Of a stretch of DNA of 64,000 nt, positions 63,999 to 64,000 are shown piece after piece. The notes below the pieces were generated by a model. That model did not search any database. It had not been told where the DNA came from and saw only the letters and a list, made by a program, of their open reading frames with translations. The DNA is taken from sequence record NC_048053.1; one strand, written 5' to 3'. The stretch's first letter is position 1; every line of letters starts with the position of its first letter. Position numbers and translations under genes: made by a program.

Positions 63999-64000
63999 CG

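Noticed and set aside
1-64000. tRNA genes, CRISPR arrays, IS elements, integrase/att sites
   Set aside because: No cloverleaf with T-loop and acceptor stem, no regularly spaced repeats and no transposase or recombinase motifs found by eye; tRNAscan-SE and a CRISPR finder would be decisive.

Overview
64 kb fragment of a large (jumbo-type) lytic tailed phage genome. I see no host housekeeping synteny, tRNA, rRNA or CRISPR array. Two gene arms converge on a bidirectional terminator at ~41.5 kb. The + arm (1-41.5 kb) carries a DnaB helicase, an intein-split large terminase, a probable portal, a 5'-3' exonuclease, a frameshifted TOPRIM protein, Dam methylase, dCMP deaminase, and thymidylate synthase interrupted by a group I intron with an I-BmoI-like GIY-YIG homing endonuclease. 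These are followed by ~45 small accessory genes, including macrodomain, MazG-like, two GNAT, Tad2-like, AlaRS-fragment, RelB-like, (p)ppGpp-hydrolase, ASCH and DUF4326 proteins. The - arm (41.5-64 kb) carries holin/spanin genes, an 11-gene paralogous virion-fibre array with swapped lectin-like inserts, a membrane/periplasmic cluster and mosaic tail-fibre genes. Content and order resemble my recollection of 'hairy' jumbo myoviruses of the Erwinia Y3 / Dickeya JA type (unverified). Most unusual signals: a stand-alone 77-aa protein ending in the NrdA redox tail (CESGACEI); a repeated CTGTAAATA motif fused to terminator-like hairpins; the paralogous fibre array; and the I-BmoI-site intron. Family calls come from motif recognition by eye; no database search was run. 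Several starts were adjusted from the ORF track using SD/overlap evidence.
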